Below are positions 1 to 13,168 of a DNA stretch of 64,000 bases, piece after piece. The position numbers and the translations under genes are program-made. The DNA comes from Sphaerodactylus townsendi (Eukaryota): NCBI RefSeq assembly GCF_021028975.2, contig NC_059426.1, positions 72,416,001 through 72,480,000 on the forward strand. Reading direction: 5' to 3'. Below the pieces are notes generated by a model. That model searched no databases and was not told where the DNA came from. It was given only the letters and a program-made list of their open reading frames with translations. How positions within the stretch are numbered: position 1 is the stretch's first letter; each line of letters starts with the position of its first letter.

Positions 1-980
1 CTCAACCCTCAAGGACATAGGTAAAGACTTCAGTTGCACAGAGGGGGATGTGGTACTGTGGAATCAATTGTGGGAAAGGGGTGGGGCCAAGTCTGGGCAA
101 ATTCTATACTCCAGGCGTATGATACAGAGAACCAGAGCCCAAGATCCAACAAAAATAATGTTGGGGGAAATGAGATCTTTCTTACATAAATTCAAACAAA
201 TGAGAAGAAATACTGCCAGTTAGAAGAAATATACTCTACGTACACTTTGCTGGAATTCTTGTACACCAGATGTATTTCTTTTAACTTCTTGGACAGCCAA
301 GAAAAAAGGAGTTGTGCAAAAATAGTATTGACGTCAATTATTTCATAAAAGGTTTTGCTGTAGAACTGCTTAGAAGATTCAAACTGTAAGGATTACACCC
401 GGCATCACTGGGTCTAGGAAGAATGGAATGCTCTAAATTTCAGGATTTTGCTGTCTGACTAGAACGGTTTGGAGTTGTTCTCCTCGGAAGAAGAAAAAAG
501 AAGTTCTGCTTGAAGAAACTGAAAGTTGATTTGTTTGAGTGTTGTATTAGTGTGTCCAAATAGCCCAAGACAAGCAGAAGTTTCAGTAGGACATGTGAAC
601 AGCTGAGAGAAAAGACAGCAAAGCAGCAAAGCAGGTTGGTTGTGGATCAAGAGACGAAACAATAGGAGGGAGTCACCCCCGAAGCTGTTTGTGAAAGGGT
701 GGGATGGGAAAGGGATGTATGAGGTACTTCTTAGTAGGTACAGCTTGTCAGGCCACAGTGTTTCAGGGATTGCCTTAATTTCCTCACCTACATAATTTAA
801 TGGTAAGGATCTAGGTAGAAAGGGGAACATGTAAAAAACAGAAGGAGGAGCAGGCAGAAAATCCGTTCCATTGGAAAAAATTGCTTCTAATTCTTTGGAT
901 TTAAGTTAAAGAAATTGATTGAGTCTTTTAAAAATGGTCTCCATGTAGTACCTGTCTGGCTTCTCTTGTCTGTCTTTTCC
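1..980 (-). mobile_element. Degraded L1-like LINE ORF2 C-terminal fragments
   Basis: Minus-strand relic peptides HIWCTRIP, PTLFLLDLG and WRPFL resemble L1 ORF2 C-terminal motifs; many stops. Boundaries approximate. Confidence 0.4.
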
Positions 981-1181
981 ATAATATGAATTATTCCTTC
1001 AGCAGTCATAGCTCAATCTACCACACAAGAAGAGTATACAAAATGAGTGAAATCATCAGTAGTGCCCCCAGTGTTTATCACGTCTCCCAGTGTGCTCCTA
1101 TTGTATCCCCTCATCTTCCGTTCTCTTTATTTTACTGCAAATTTTATGGACTTTCCCAGGTGTCATCGAAGGCTGATTACC

Positions 1182-4100
1182 ATGGTCCAGCTCATGGTCA
1201 CTCCTGAAATATCACTTGCTGACTCACCAGTGTGGATTCGAGCCGTTGGCCTGACCCCCTCCCAGCCAGTGACCCTGCATTCATCACTGATAGATGAGAA
1301 GAATGTGAAGTTTGAAGCCAGGGCCTTCTACTGGGCAAATGAGGCCGGAGAAATAGATGTGAAAAAGGCATCTGCTGTGGGTGGTGACTACACAGGTGTA
1401 TGTCCCATGGGCCTGTTCTGGTCCCTGAAGCCAGAGAAGATGTTCCACAGATTGATTAAACGTGATGTAATAGGCAGCCCCTTCCATGTCCAGATCAATC
1501 TTTTTGGCTCTTTTGTTATGATGCCTTCGGAAAAAGATACACCACTGGCTACTTGCACTATTGAGAGGTGGTTTGTGACCCCTGGAGTGGAACAAATCAA
1601 GATCAAGGATGGTCAAGTTCGAGGATCCCTTTTCATGCCTCCAGGTAAAGAAACAGTATTTTGTTGTTGTTTTCCTTCTCTCCCCATCCCTGCCCTAGTC
1701 TTTTGGCTAAAATGGTGAATGGCCCAGGGATATATTTACAGAAAATGTTGCCTAGGACGAGCACTGAAATTGCCCCTCCCCCCAACATCTGACACCCATA
1801 TTTTAGACAACTGTACCAGAATATCAGCTCAAAAATGTAACTCAATCTCCTTAACCTTTTAATTGGGTTGAAAGAGTGAAATGCATTTTAGGCAAAGTTT
1901 TACTGTCTCCAAATGAATAGTATGAAAGTTTTTATACAAAAGTATTCAAATCATTAGAGAACATTAAATCTAGTGTAAATGCATATAAAATATTTTTCAA
2001 GGCTGTTTTTGTTTTGTTTAAATGTGACTTTGTCCAAGTTAATATGTGATAATGTATACAATATACTGGTGGATACACTAATGTTTTCAATGGTATGAAG
2101 TTTAACTCTATACTCAAATATGTTACTAGTTCTATTGTAACTATATGAGACCAAATCACATGCTTTCATTCAGATCCATTCTATGTGCTTTTGGCCCACA
2201 GACACATTGAGACAGGTGCAGAGCCGTAGCACCAATGGTGGGAGGGGGCCTAATGCCCTGGGCACACACCGGGGTGGGCAGGGCTGAAAAGTTCCAGGGC
2301 AGGGATGTGCACATGCCGCAGGTGCAGTTCCCCCTCGCTTCGCCCCTGGACAAGTTGGATGCAAAATGATTGTACAATATAAAGAAGGGTCTTCCTGTAC
2401 TGGGCCAGGTACTGTAAAGAAGATATTCCCTCTGGCTAGTAAATTGCCTCTGATCATGGAAGCTCCAGCAAGCTATGCCTGTCCTCCACACTTTGTCACA
2501 TTGCATACTGAACACAAATCAACTCAGCCCTTATTCCAAAAATGTATGAATTTGGTTGGGCTTACTGGCTCTTTTCTTGAACTGTAAAAGTAAATATCTG
2601 TGCAAATGGAAATGCTGGTACTACACTAGATCTAAATAGGGGCCCTGCATGCTTAGGAACCGAGTTCTCAGCAGGGAACATGCAACTCATGACTGATTCA
2701 AAGACACAGTTAATCACCTACCATAAGTCAGTGATGACGAACAATTGACGCGTGTCAAAGCTGACATACCATGATGTTTTGGGTGACACGCCAGCGTTCA
2801 CCAACACCCAACAACAACTATTCTCCCTGTTTGAATCATTTTTATAATTATTTGACATTTCTATATATAATACATAGCGCTACACATGATTTGACTATAC
2901 ATTTTAAAAAAATTAATGAATATGTCAAGAATTGTTTCTCTTTTGGGAGGTGACACATCAACAAAGTTAGGCATTTTCCAAATTTTTGATACACCGAACC
3001 CAAAAGATTTGCCATCACTGACCTAAGGATTTTGTAATGTACAATGAGGGTCTGAGAATCTGTTTTGAGTGAAATTGGAAATAAGTTTACTGACAGCAAT
3101 AATGCAGATGTCTGTGACAGAAAATTAGTAGACTCAAGTAGTCAGAATAATCCCTCCCACTCATTCAGTAACATCTCATCACTAGGAAGTCCGTTAAAAG
3201 GAGCCAAATTTTTCAAACGGCCACATGCCATGCAACCTACTGCACTCAAAAGGATAGGCCTGACAGGCAGAACAAGGGGATAAAGCCGTTCTAGTTATTT
3301 ATTCACGTAGCTCCAGAAGTAGAACTGGATCCTGAGATAGGGTCCAACTAGGGTTTCCAGTTTCTGGGTGCTGCCTGCAGTTCTCCTAGAATTGCAGTTG
3401 ATCTCCAGACTACAGAGGCCAGTTCCTGAGGAGGAAATGGCAACTTTGGAGGGGGAACTCTATGGCATCACATCCCCACTGAACTCTCTCCCCGTTGTGT
3501 TTGAGTAAACAAGCATTTCCCCCTTCAGCTAGTATAGCAGTTTTCTTCATGAAGTATATAATAAGAGTTGGTATGATTTTGTTTACTGCTGGATCTTCTG
3601 CCAAGGCAGGACAAACGGTAGCTAGTCTTGTGTCAGAAGGGTGGATGCGGTGGGGAGAGACAAACTGAAAGAGGCCTCACATATATCATCCGTTCTCTAT
3701 GGAAGTCTTTTTGTTAAGTTGCAGCTCTTCACCTATGCCTCTTCTCTACTGCTCTGCCTGCCTCCAGGGCCTGGCCCATTTCCAGGAGTGATTGATATGT
3801 TTGGTGGCGGTGGAGGGCTCATTAAGTTCCGGGCTAGTCTGTTAGCCAGCAAAGGCTTCGCTGTTCTGGCTCTGGCCTACATGGCATACGAGGATCTGCC
3901 CCAGACCTTGGCGGAAGTGAACCTGGAGTATTTTGAGGAAGCTGCCAAGTTGCTCTTAAAACACCCTAAGGTAGGGTTTAAGGAGGGTATGTCTTTTTGT
4001 GTGTATAACTACAAAGTACAACAAATTATTTTCCGGTTCTACAGCAATATAAATTTCCCTTGTTGGTTTCGTGACACCTTTTACAGGAGAAGTTGAAAAG

Positions 4101-7100
4101 AAGGCTGTGGGATTAGCAGCTGAACATACTGAGGTGGAAAGGGCAACACCCCCCCCCGCCCCCCCGCCCCCCCCCATGTAAGGTTCCAGTCCAATCAGCC
4201 CATATATACGCAAGAGTTAAGTTCCTAGCATGAAACTTGCAGTGCATGTCTGATCATAAGAAACCAGGGAGGATGTAGGGGAAATATCGCATGTAATTTT
4301 GACTGCTGACCAGAACAATGTAAGAAAGAGGACAGTCTTCATGTGGACACATCATTATGACTTTTAAAAAGTATTTTATTTGAAATTACCCAAAGGCTAG
4401 AGATCAACTATAATTTTTACAGAGTTGCAGGCTATACCTCATACCACTTGTGCCTCTGCTAAACAGGTGTCATTTCAAAAGTCTACAATACCTGTTTCGC
4501 TGGAATACCCGACTTTAAAAGTCTGCAATACCTGACAATGAGGACCCAACTACATATTATGCCCGCGTTTGGAGATCCATGCTGGGCCACAGGGGCCATT
4601 CAGATTGAGAACAGGGTGCACATGGTGCTTCGGCCCCTTCCCCATCTGGTTTCCCAGAAAAGCCTCAATTTGCCCACTGGAGAAACTTAAATGTATTGCT
4701 GGTGATGTGTCAGTTTCCCCAAGAGGACAAACACCAACCATTTCAATAGCAGTTTGGGACTATTTCAGGCTGGGAAAATGGGAGTGGAGGGAGTGAAACC
4801 CATTCTCCTTGTATTCTGTAGTCCCAATCCAAATTAGGTCTGTGCCTGAGAATTATTCCCAGTATAATGTGTGAACTGGCATATTTAATGCGGTTGTCAC
4901 CTCATGATTAGGAAATTCTTTGAGATTTGGGGACTCAACCTGACTCTGTCTGCAGATATTATATGCAAAAAAATCTAAAAACTTCCCCCCAAAAAATCTA
5001 AAAACGTCCCCAAAATTGATGCATGCTCTTTAATCCCCCACCCCGCCAAACTGAACATCTCTGCATATGCACTCACATGGCATCTCCCTGGTATCTCGGG
5101 GGGGGGGGGGGGCTGCGTCAATTGCAGTGGCTCCTGGGGACCCTGGAGTTGGTTACAGGATTTCCTGATGTAGCTGCCACAGCTCTTGACAAGCAGCAGT
5201 TTGCAGGGACTCTGTCACAGTGGCTGCTCCTCTCAAAGCAGGGAAAAAGAAGAGGGAGAATTCTCTGGAGGGAGAGAAAGAGAAAACTGGGGATTGTCTG
5301 CAGGAGACTGAAACTGAGAAAGCATGATGCTAAGATGTGGGGGGAAGATGGGAGACATTTTCTGAGCAGGTCTGGAGGGTACAAGCGGGGTGATTGACAT
5401 ACAAGGGGTGAGGAGAGAAGGGGGTAAGAAAAGATTGATAGAAAAGGGAGTGGAGGAAAGACTGACATAGGGGGATAGGGGGAGAAGGCTGATGAGCAGA
5501 GAGAGGGGGAAATTTGACAGAAAAGGGGGCAAGAGGGAAGGAAAAAAGAGTGGGGGAATGCCCCCCTCCACAAGTTTCTTATGGTTCCTACTTGTTTTAT
5601 ATTCTAACGCAAAGTTGGCCACATCTTTGGATGCTTAAACCTAGTGACTGGAGCTGTGAATTCTACAGATTCTACAAATCTGAAAACAGCCCCAACTTTG
5701 CAGAAAAAAGTGAAATCTGAAAAAAGAAGTTTTTAAATGAAAATGATACAAGAAGCACCTGTCGTTTCAAGCAACGGATTCTCTCAGTGGCTAGGTTTTA
5801 GTGAGTAAAGGGCAGAGGCCAAGAGGAGGGTTTTTTTCAGCCTAGTTTGGCTTTTGAAGGAGTATTCATTGGGCCCAGGCCTGTTGGGCTGCTAGCTCCA
5901 GGTTGGGAAATTCCTGGAGATTTTGTGATTGAGTCTGAGGAAGTCAGGGTTTGAGGAGAGGCCTAAGCCGAATATAATACGTAGAGTCCATCCTCCAAAA
6001 CGGTCATATTCTGTAGGGGGACAGATTAATGTTGTCTGGAGTTCACTTGTAATTCTGGGAGATCTCCAGGTCACACCTGGCTATAGGCCTGGCAGCAACT
6101 TCTGTGTGACTTGATACCACCCAATTTGCATGACTCAACTAGACCTGGCTGCTTGCTACTATTCAGCAGCAGCCACTCTATGAAAGCCAGTGTGGTGAAG
6201 TAATTAGAGCTTCAGAGCGGGATCTGGGTTAGATCAGAATCCCAGTCTTGCCAAGTCCAGTCCTTCCCATGATGTTGCCTCCTGGCTGTTGTATTAAGAG
6301 GTTGTCTGTCTCTGAACATGAAAGTTCCCTTTAACTGCCATGGCTAATAGCCACTGATACATCTATCCTCCAGGAATCTATCCAATCTCCTTTTAAAGCT
6401 CTCTATAACAGTGGCCATCACCACATCCTTTGACAAAGAATTCCACATTTTACTCACTTGCTATGTAAAGAAGTATTTCATTTTGTCAATCCTACATAGA
6501 CAGGAAGGGAGAAAATACCACTGAAATTGTTGCTGTGGCCACCCTTAGTAAAATAGAGTTGGAAGGTACACAAGACAGCAAGACTGACAATACTAAAAGG
6601 ATTAAAAAACACGCCTGATATTTAATTCCCTTACCATTTTCAAAGGTTTTTTTCCAAATTCAAGGAGAAAATGATACTGTAGGGAGAAAGACTCTTTAAC
6701 TACTTATTTCTCTGTGGTGTTCCTGAGAAAAACATCACTCCCTAAATACTGCTTACTACCCTGGGCTTGAATACAAGGATTTAATTTACATGAGAGCACA
6801 TTTTAAAAAATCACCCACCTACAGCCGGAAGTCACCAATTCTGTCACTTTCACATGACACACAGAATCTAAGACAGTGTTGGCGAACCTTTGGCACTCCA
6901 GATGTTATGGACTACAATTCCCACCAGCCCCTGCCAGCATGGCCAATTGGCCATGCTGGCAGGGGCTGATGGGAATTGTAGTCCATAACATCTGGAGTGC
7001 CAAAGGTTCGCCACCACGGACCTAAGATATCCATTTGTGTATTTGCTAGCAGTAAAGCCCATTGTATGAACAAATACAACAGGTTCTAGAAAACTGTTGG

Positions 7101-9520
7101 TGGGTTAACGGTGCCCACTGAGAGGGCCTGCCACTCCCATGTTTCTTCCTGCTTTGGTCCTCCGTCACCATCTCCCTTCTCGTCCTCCTCTTCCTGGATG
7201 CCTGCACTAGTTAATCTTTAAAATATCACAAAGCAATTTTGATTTGCCTCAGGCTAACCAGTTTTTCCCTAAAGTGAAGCTAGAACAAGAGTCCCTGGAA
7301 AAGATAATAATGCTGCATGTTAAGTGCTGTCAAGTTGCTTCCAGCTCATGGTGACTCTATGAATCAATGTCATCCAAAACATCCAATCATGAACAGATCT
7401 TGCAAATTAACACTACTGCTAAGAAAAGTTGAAAGCGGCAGGAAAAGAGGAAGGCCCAATATGAGATGTATTAACTCAGTCCAGGAAGCCACAAACCCTC
7501 AGCTGGCAAGAGCTGATCAATAGGGCGTTCTGGAGATTTTTAATTCATAGGGTTACTGTAAGTTGGAAGCAACCTCTCTTGACCACCCTTAACACACACA
7601 CACCTTGAGCAAAATAGACCTTGAGCAAAATAGATCCACTGGAGAAGGGTCTGCATAAATGACTGAATGACATTTTACTGGAGGAAAAGTAACTTAAGTT
7701 GGAGGAAAGTTCCTAAGGCTTAGAGAGAGGCTTCATGGAAGTCACGCCCCTTCCTCTGTGGAGCTCAGTGTTAGGCAACAGCTACTTCGGAGCTTGAATT
7801 TGGTCCCCTGTTCCTTATTCACATCTCCTATTTCCTTATTTGTGAGTCTATAGCCGTACTGAGGATAACTGCACAAACTGGAAATGAGCATTTGCCTCCT
7901 CAGCTCATTATTGTTGTTGTTGACTACCATCCTTTTCCCAGCCAGTCCCTTTGCCCTCAATTTTGCCCAGGCATTCTTTGGGGTCTTCCCACCGAACCTT
8001 ATCCTGGTTAGGCCTTTCAGGCCACCATTTCCCTGGCAATGGGAGAAGCCTGCAGGCCGTTCCCACAGCCGTTGCCTCCACAGTCACTGTGGCAGGAGGG
8101 AAAGTGGTTGCTGGGATTCCCAGACTCTTTCCTCATTGCAGTGAGCTGGGGAAAGAAGTGCCAAGAGGTCCTGGCAGGTAAGTCTCCCCTACCTTTCTTT
8201 CACTCACCATGAAAGAAAAGGTTCTGGAGTTCATGACTTTGTGGAAGTCACATCCAGTGCTCTGAAGTCTCAGCTGTGCAGAAGCTGATTGTGATTCTTC
8301 AGCAGCGAGAAACTGTTGAGAAACGTCCTTCATGTATGTTCAGAGGCACTCTTTCTCTTACCCCCAGTCTCCACTCTGGTAATTAACTTTTTAATGTATC
8401 TTACTGAGAAGAGATTTTAGGATTTAAATGTAGCCCAGTGGACCCCTTTTAGCCACAGTATTCTTTAAAAGCATTGTTGAAGGGCATTTTCTCACCTCCC
8501 TACTGCTCAAAATGCCCAAGGTACCTTGACCTGGATGATCCAAGCTAGCCCTCTCTCATTAGATCTCAGAAGTTAAGGAGTCTGCTGTGTATACAGCAAG
8601 TAACAGCAGAATTCCACTGTTTTGTTTGTTTTGGGGTTTACTGGTTCTGTGTAAGCCACACCCCCAAGCCATGTGTACGTGGTGATTGGCTGAAATGAGT
8701 CATGTGTGGAGATTGGCTGGAAGTGAAACGTCTCCACCTTCTACGTTTGTTCAATTATATATAGAGATTTTTATTTTACAAAATTTATATCCTATCTTTC
8801 TGACTTCACAGGATCCACCAGGATCAGGGTATAAGAATCTTTCTCATAATAATCTGTGTTCAAATGTAGCTCTTAAGTCACTGATGCAGTAATTGTATTA
8901 ACTTTATGAGTTTTTTTCCACAGGTTAGAGGCCCAGGACTTGGGGTAATTGGAGTCTCCAAAGGATCTGAGATTGCACTAGCCATGGCTTCCTTCTTAGT
9001 GCAAATAGTTGCAGCAGTCTGTATCAATGGTACCACAACTGTAAATGATGCGCCACTCCGCTTTAGGGATATTTATATCCCTGGTGTCTGCTACTACCCA
9101 GAAAAGTTTCTCATAAACAGCATGGGAGCACTGGACGGCCATGAAATCATTGGAGATCCTCGGGATGAGGCACACCAAGCGTCTGTCATCCCTTTGGAAA
9201 AGGCCCACGGGTCCGTACTCTTTGTGGTGGGAGAAGATGACCGTGGCTTCAACAGCAAGTTGTTTGCTGAGCTGGCCATAGCCAGAGCGAAGAAGTATGG
9301 GAAAAATAATTGTACTTTGCTGTCTTATCCAAAGGCTGGACATCTCATAGAACCTCCTTGTTCTCCACTGTGTACTTGCTCCTGGATCCCAGGTTATATG
9401 AAACCTACACAATGGGGAGGTGAAATGGAACCTCATGCCCAAGCCCAAGAGCACTCCTGGAAGGAGATCCAAAAATTCCTTGAGCTTCACCTTGGTCCAG
9501 CTGGAAGCAGCAATGTGTGA
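1182..9520 (+). CDS. BAAT/ACNAT-like acyl-CoA:amino acid N-acyltransferase (type-I acyl-CoA thioesterase superfamily), 420 aa; coding exons 1182-1644, 3768-3970, 8924-9520
   Basis: Three exons join in frame (phases 1,0) with GT-AG sites. MVQLMVTP...[20 protein letters not shown]...KRDV and [32 protein letters not shown] resemble BAAT/ACNAT more than ACOT1. Triad: Ser in GVSKG (TCC 8957-8959), Asp in GEDDR, His in AGH. An acceptor at 1158-1159 implies an upstream exon. AATAAA at 9576 and 9845. Confidence 0.93.
2729..3020. mobile_element. Non-autonomous hAT element (CAGTGATG TIR family)
   Basis: CAGTGATGACGAAC ... TTTGCCATCACTG termini, internal (G)TGACAC motifs, degenerate 8-bp TSD ccataagt/acctaagg. 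Confidence 0.75.
3349..3492. mobile_element. Copy of an abundant TAGGGTTGCCA-terminated non-autonomous element family
   Basis: Shares the CTCCAGG...GATCTCCAGAC...TTTGGAGGG core with copies near 5884-6098, 12890-13000, 19909-20040, 20231-20418, 23350-23548, 23634-23854, 32191-32368, 32417-32628, 38387-38589 and 38688-38899. Confidence 0.65.
6235..6490 (-). mobile_element. CR1-like LINE 3' fragment
   Basis: aatctatccaatctccttttaaag...gtggccatcaccacatcc...gaattccaca resembles a reversed CR1 3' end and the plus-strand piece at about 30960-31170. Confidence 0.55.
6874..7019. mobile_element. Palindromic hAT-type MITE (146 bp)
   Basis: Near-perfect inverted repeat centred on GGCCAATTGGCC; TSD atctaaga/acctaaga. 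Confidence 0.9.
7286..7602 (+). mobile_element. RTE-like LINE 3' end with a nested inverted copy of an RTE tail
   Basis: SLEKIIM...[16 protein letters not shown]-terminal motif and CA tail; about 7316-7410 is the reverse complement of a similar tail. Confidence 0.6.
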
Positions 9521-10786
9521 TGTTAGGAGGGAAGATGAGCTACGAGTGGCATTTTCTAGTTTCCAGACTGAATCAAATAAACATATGTTGATCAAGTGAG
9601 CATCGTCTGTTTACAGAGGTGCTTTCACATGGACATGATTCTCCACACAGCTCACATTGCTACTGTGAACGTAGAGGCATTTGGAATGGCAAGCATCCAC
9701 ACAAAAGTTTCCCCTATACTGTCTTACTCCTCTCTGGTTGCTACTTTCCTCTTATCACTGAAGGGCTTTGGGAGCAACACTAATAGCACTTTTATAATAT
9801 TATAGTTTCAGCAGCCCTGTTGCTTATTATGTGTACCTCAAAGGAATAAAAGTATTTCCCTCCTTTACCCTTGGTTCATCTTTATTCCTCATTGTTGCCT
9901 TCTTTATGTTGGATGGTGAATAGTAAACTTGGGTTCAAGGATTTGTTGTTAATCTGGTCATGAAAATCTCCAGGCTGATCTACATTAGGGTCTGAAAAAC
10001 GGGCATGTTTGGACTAATATGCACAGCTGCAAGGTTGGAAGTGTGTAAACAACACAGAGATGATAAGTCTGATTCTCACAGACATATGCCATACTTGCAA
10101 ACCAGGCCAACAGTATCTTCTAACAGTTCACACAAAAAAAATAGCTTTAAGGAAAAGAAAAATTAAACATAATTTTATGATAAAGGTGCATGAATTATTT
10201 GACTTCTAATTTTATTTGAAGTATATTTCATGAAACACGACAATACCACTAAATAGGACTAGACAACTTGGGCAAACAGTTCAAATTTTCTTGAGGAATG
10301 ATTTTTGGTTGAGAGCCAAATAGTTTTGAGGAAAGTGTCATCTGCTGGCATAAAACTTTGAGAATAAACTTTTTGAGATGTTTATTACTTTTTTACTACA
10401 TTTTTATTCGCCTTTCCCAACAAATGCCTGGATCAGGGCAGCTAACAGCATAAAATTACAAATAGAATCATAAATATCACATGAATAATTAGAATCTTAA
10501 ACAGGAAAAACAATAATGGTGCCCTGATCTTGGCTCTCAGGTGAGCCATGATTGTTCCCAGGATCAGAGAAACTGTGCATGCATAGCACAGAAAGCCACA
10601 AGATGTTGATATATGGACATAAGATTAATTCCATGAAATAGCTGTGACAAATTCAACAGGAGTGAGGGAGAAACATAGGCCCTTTGCCCCCTACCTCCCT
10701 GCATAAAAACTGTGGAGATTTGTGTAGGTATGCAAAAAAGTGATTGTTGGCTAAAGAACAAATTTTGGATGCTGCTTGTGCTAGCA

Positions 10787-10933
10787 CAGGGGTAGGGAAC
10801 CTGCGGCTCTCCAGATGTTCAGGAACTACAATTCCCATCAGCCCCTACCAGCATGGCCAAATGCCATGCTGGTAGGGGCTGATGGGAATTGTAGTTCCTG
10901 AACATCTGGAGAGCCGCAGGTTCCCTACCCCTG
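10787..10933. mobile_element. Palindromic hAT MITE, CAGGGGTAGGGAACC family
   Basis: Whole-element inverted repeat; perfect TSD tgctagca. Confidence 0.95.
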
Positions 10934-11141
10934 TGCTAGCAGAATGTTTAGACACTGGGTTTTCTACAGAAGAAGCCTCACATACTATCCAAGAGCTTAA
11001 TTTATTTCTGGGAATGATTACCAACTGAAGCTTGGCATGCAGGCAAATTCCAGCAAATGTATCACAGTATGAACTGGACAGATTTGCAATAAATGGTACC
11101 TGCAACCACACCTCACAGAAGCATGTCGTATATATTTAGAG

Positions 11142-11348
11142 CAGTGGCTCCCAAACTTATTTGGCCTACCGCCCCCTTTCCAGAAAAAAAATTACTTAGC
11201 GCCCCCTGGAAATTAATTTTTTTAAAATTTTAATAGCAATTAAACAGAAAGTTATATGTACTAATGTTTCTACCTGTGGCTATCACCGCCCCCCTGGATC
11301 GCTGCAGCACCCACCAGGGGGCGGTGGCGCCCACTTTGGGAATCACTG
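11142..11348. mobile_element. Non-autonomous hAT element (207 bp)
   Basis: TIRs CAGTGGCTCCCAAA / TTTGGGAATCACTG; perfect TSD atttagag. Confidence 0.92.
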
Positions 11349-11849
11349 ATTTAGAGGATCACTAAAACCGGATACTGATGCAACCCTGATGACAAGAGGT
11401 GCCCTTCTTAATATCCTTGCATGCTTACAAGTACTCAGGATCCCAAAATTTATTGGAAGGTGATGAGTAGGGTAAGACAACTGCAAGACCTAAATATGAG
11501 CTGATACAAGACGCATGACACAAGAAACAAGAAAGCTTGACATGGCACAGTCTCGAGGAATGGAGCAAAATGTTATGGAACATCCTAGTTGATATTTAGT
11601 ATTGAAGGACAATGAAGACATTATGGTAACACAGATTTTGTCCTGTTGGAAGATAAATGGATTGCAAAAATAAACTAGTAGTATGTGGGGTGTGGGGGCG
11701 GGGAGAGATTTCCATGACTCTGACTCCTCCACTGGGGAACAGGGTACCTGTCTAGGGCCACTGTTGATTATGAGAAGGGGGGGGGGGAGTTCAGGGCAAG
11801 AGCAGGCTCTGTTGATGGTAGATATGTGTGGTAACATTTAGGATTTAGC

Positions 11850-12246
11850 CAATGGTGGGATCCAAAAATTTTAGTAACAGGTTCCCATGGTGGTGGGATT
11901 CAAACTGTGGCATAGCGCCAATGGGGCTGGGCGGGGCATGATGGGGGCATGGCCGGGCATTCCGGGGGCTGGGCATTCCTGGGGGGGGACTGTGGCAAGG
12001 ACTGCCGGGCTACCGGCCTTGGGCGGAACGAATCGCATCGCGAGGCACAGGCTGCCATGCACGCCGGTGCACCTCCTGCTAGACTGCTTCAAGTTCTGCA
12101 CGCTACTGCTGAGGAGCGGAGGAGGGGCATATCTAAGGCAAAAATCACGTGGCAAAATCACCAATTAGTAACCCCCTCTTGGCACAGACAAATAATTAGT
12201 AACCTACTCTCGGGAATCTGTGAGAACCTGCTGGATCCCACCTCTG
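11850..12246. mobile_element. Non-autonomous hAT element (397 bp, GC-rich interior)
   Basis: TIRs CAATGGTGGGATCC / GGATCCCACCTCTG; perfect TSD gatttagc. Confidence 0.9.
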
Positions 12247-13056
12247 GATTTAGCCTAGTTTTAACTTAGAATGAGTAGCAGATTCCAGTCAGGTACTTTA
12301 CCATTGAACCCGTTGCTTTTCTTCATCTGATATTTTATTGTATCTTATTATTGGATTTTCAGTTAATTTATTTGCAATATTGAATTAATCTCTCCAATGT
12401 GTCAGTAATCTTGTAAACTTTCCTTTTAGTCTTTGCTCCTTTTTATCATTATGCTTTAATGAACAGTTTAATGTGTTTCAGTCAAGCGCCTGAGGCCTCT
12501 TTGCATGCAATACTTACCCTGAGACTTTGCTCTGAAGTGGGGTTTCCCAATGTTTCTCAGTTTACACATGTAGAAGTGCCCTGCTGATTCCTGCAAGCCT
12601 AGCCACCATTTTGCCTGCCTCATGCTTCCAGTTTGGGATGCTGTTTGCTGCTTTTTTTGGAGGGGGGGGGGAGCCATTTTAATAACCTATAATTCCTGTG
12701 ATAGACCCAAAGCAGGGCCATATCTACAGAAAATGGAGTCCAGGGCAAACTCGCAAATTGTGGCCCGCAACATCTGAAACCTATCTGTTATATAAGTGCA
12801 TCATAATATCAACTGCACCTTACTTGCACCTTACAACTGCACCTTACAAATTAAATGCATCATAGTAACATCTGGGGTCAAGCTCCGTAGGGATGTATTA
12901 CAGCAGCCATTTCCTCCAGGGGAATTAATCTCTGCAGAGTAGAAATACATTACAATTTTGGGAGATCTTGAAGCACCCCCTCCCCCAAGGCTGGCAACTT
13001 TACAGTCCACTTTCTTCCAGTGACAGGATCTCAGCAAATCCCTGACCACTCAGAAG

Positions 13057-13168
13057 AGGTAGGAACCTTATCAATGGGAAGGAAGGAAGGAAGGAAGGAA
13101 GGAAGGAAGGAAGGAAGGAAGGAAGGAAGGAAGGGGACTGGGGAGAAAGGTAGGAACCTTATCAATGG
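13057..13168 (+). repeat. (GGAA)n microsatellite between two 21-bp direct repeats
   Basis: aggtaggaaccttatcaatgg at 13057-13077 and 13148-13168, with a GGAA run of about 14 units between. Confidence 0.9.

Noticed and set aside
1047-1181. In-frame N-terminal extension of the acyltransferase ORF as a targeting peptide
   Set aside because: It runs through a pyrimidine-rich tract and acceptor at 1158-1159, so it is most likely intron plus 5' UTR. Family homology starts at ATG 1182.
8996-9595. 199-aa antisense ORF over the last acyltransferase exon
   Set aside because: Antisense shadow of a coding exon with no recognisable motifs.
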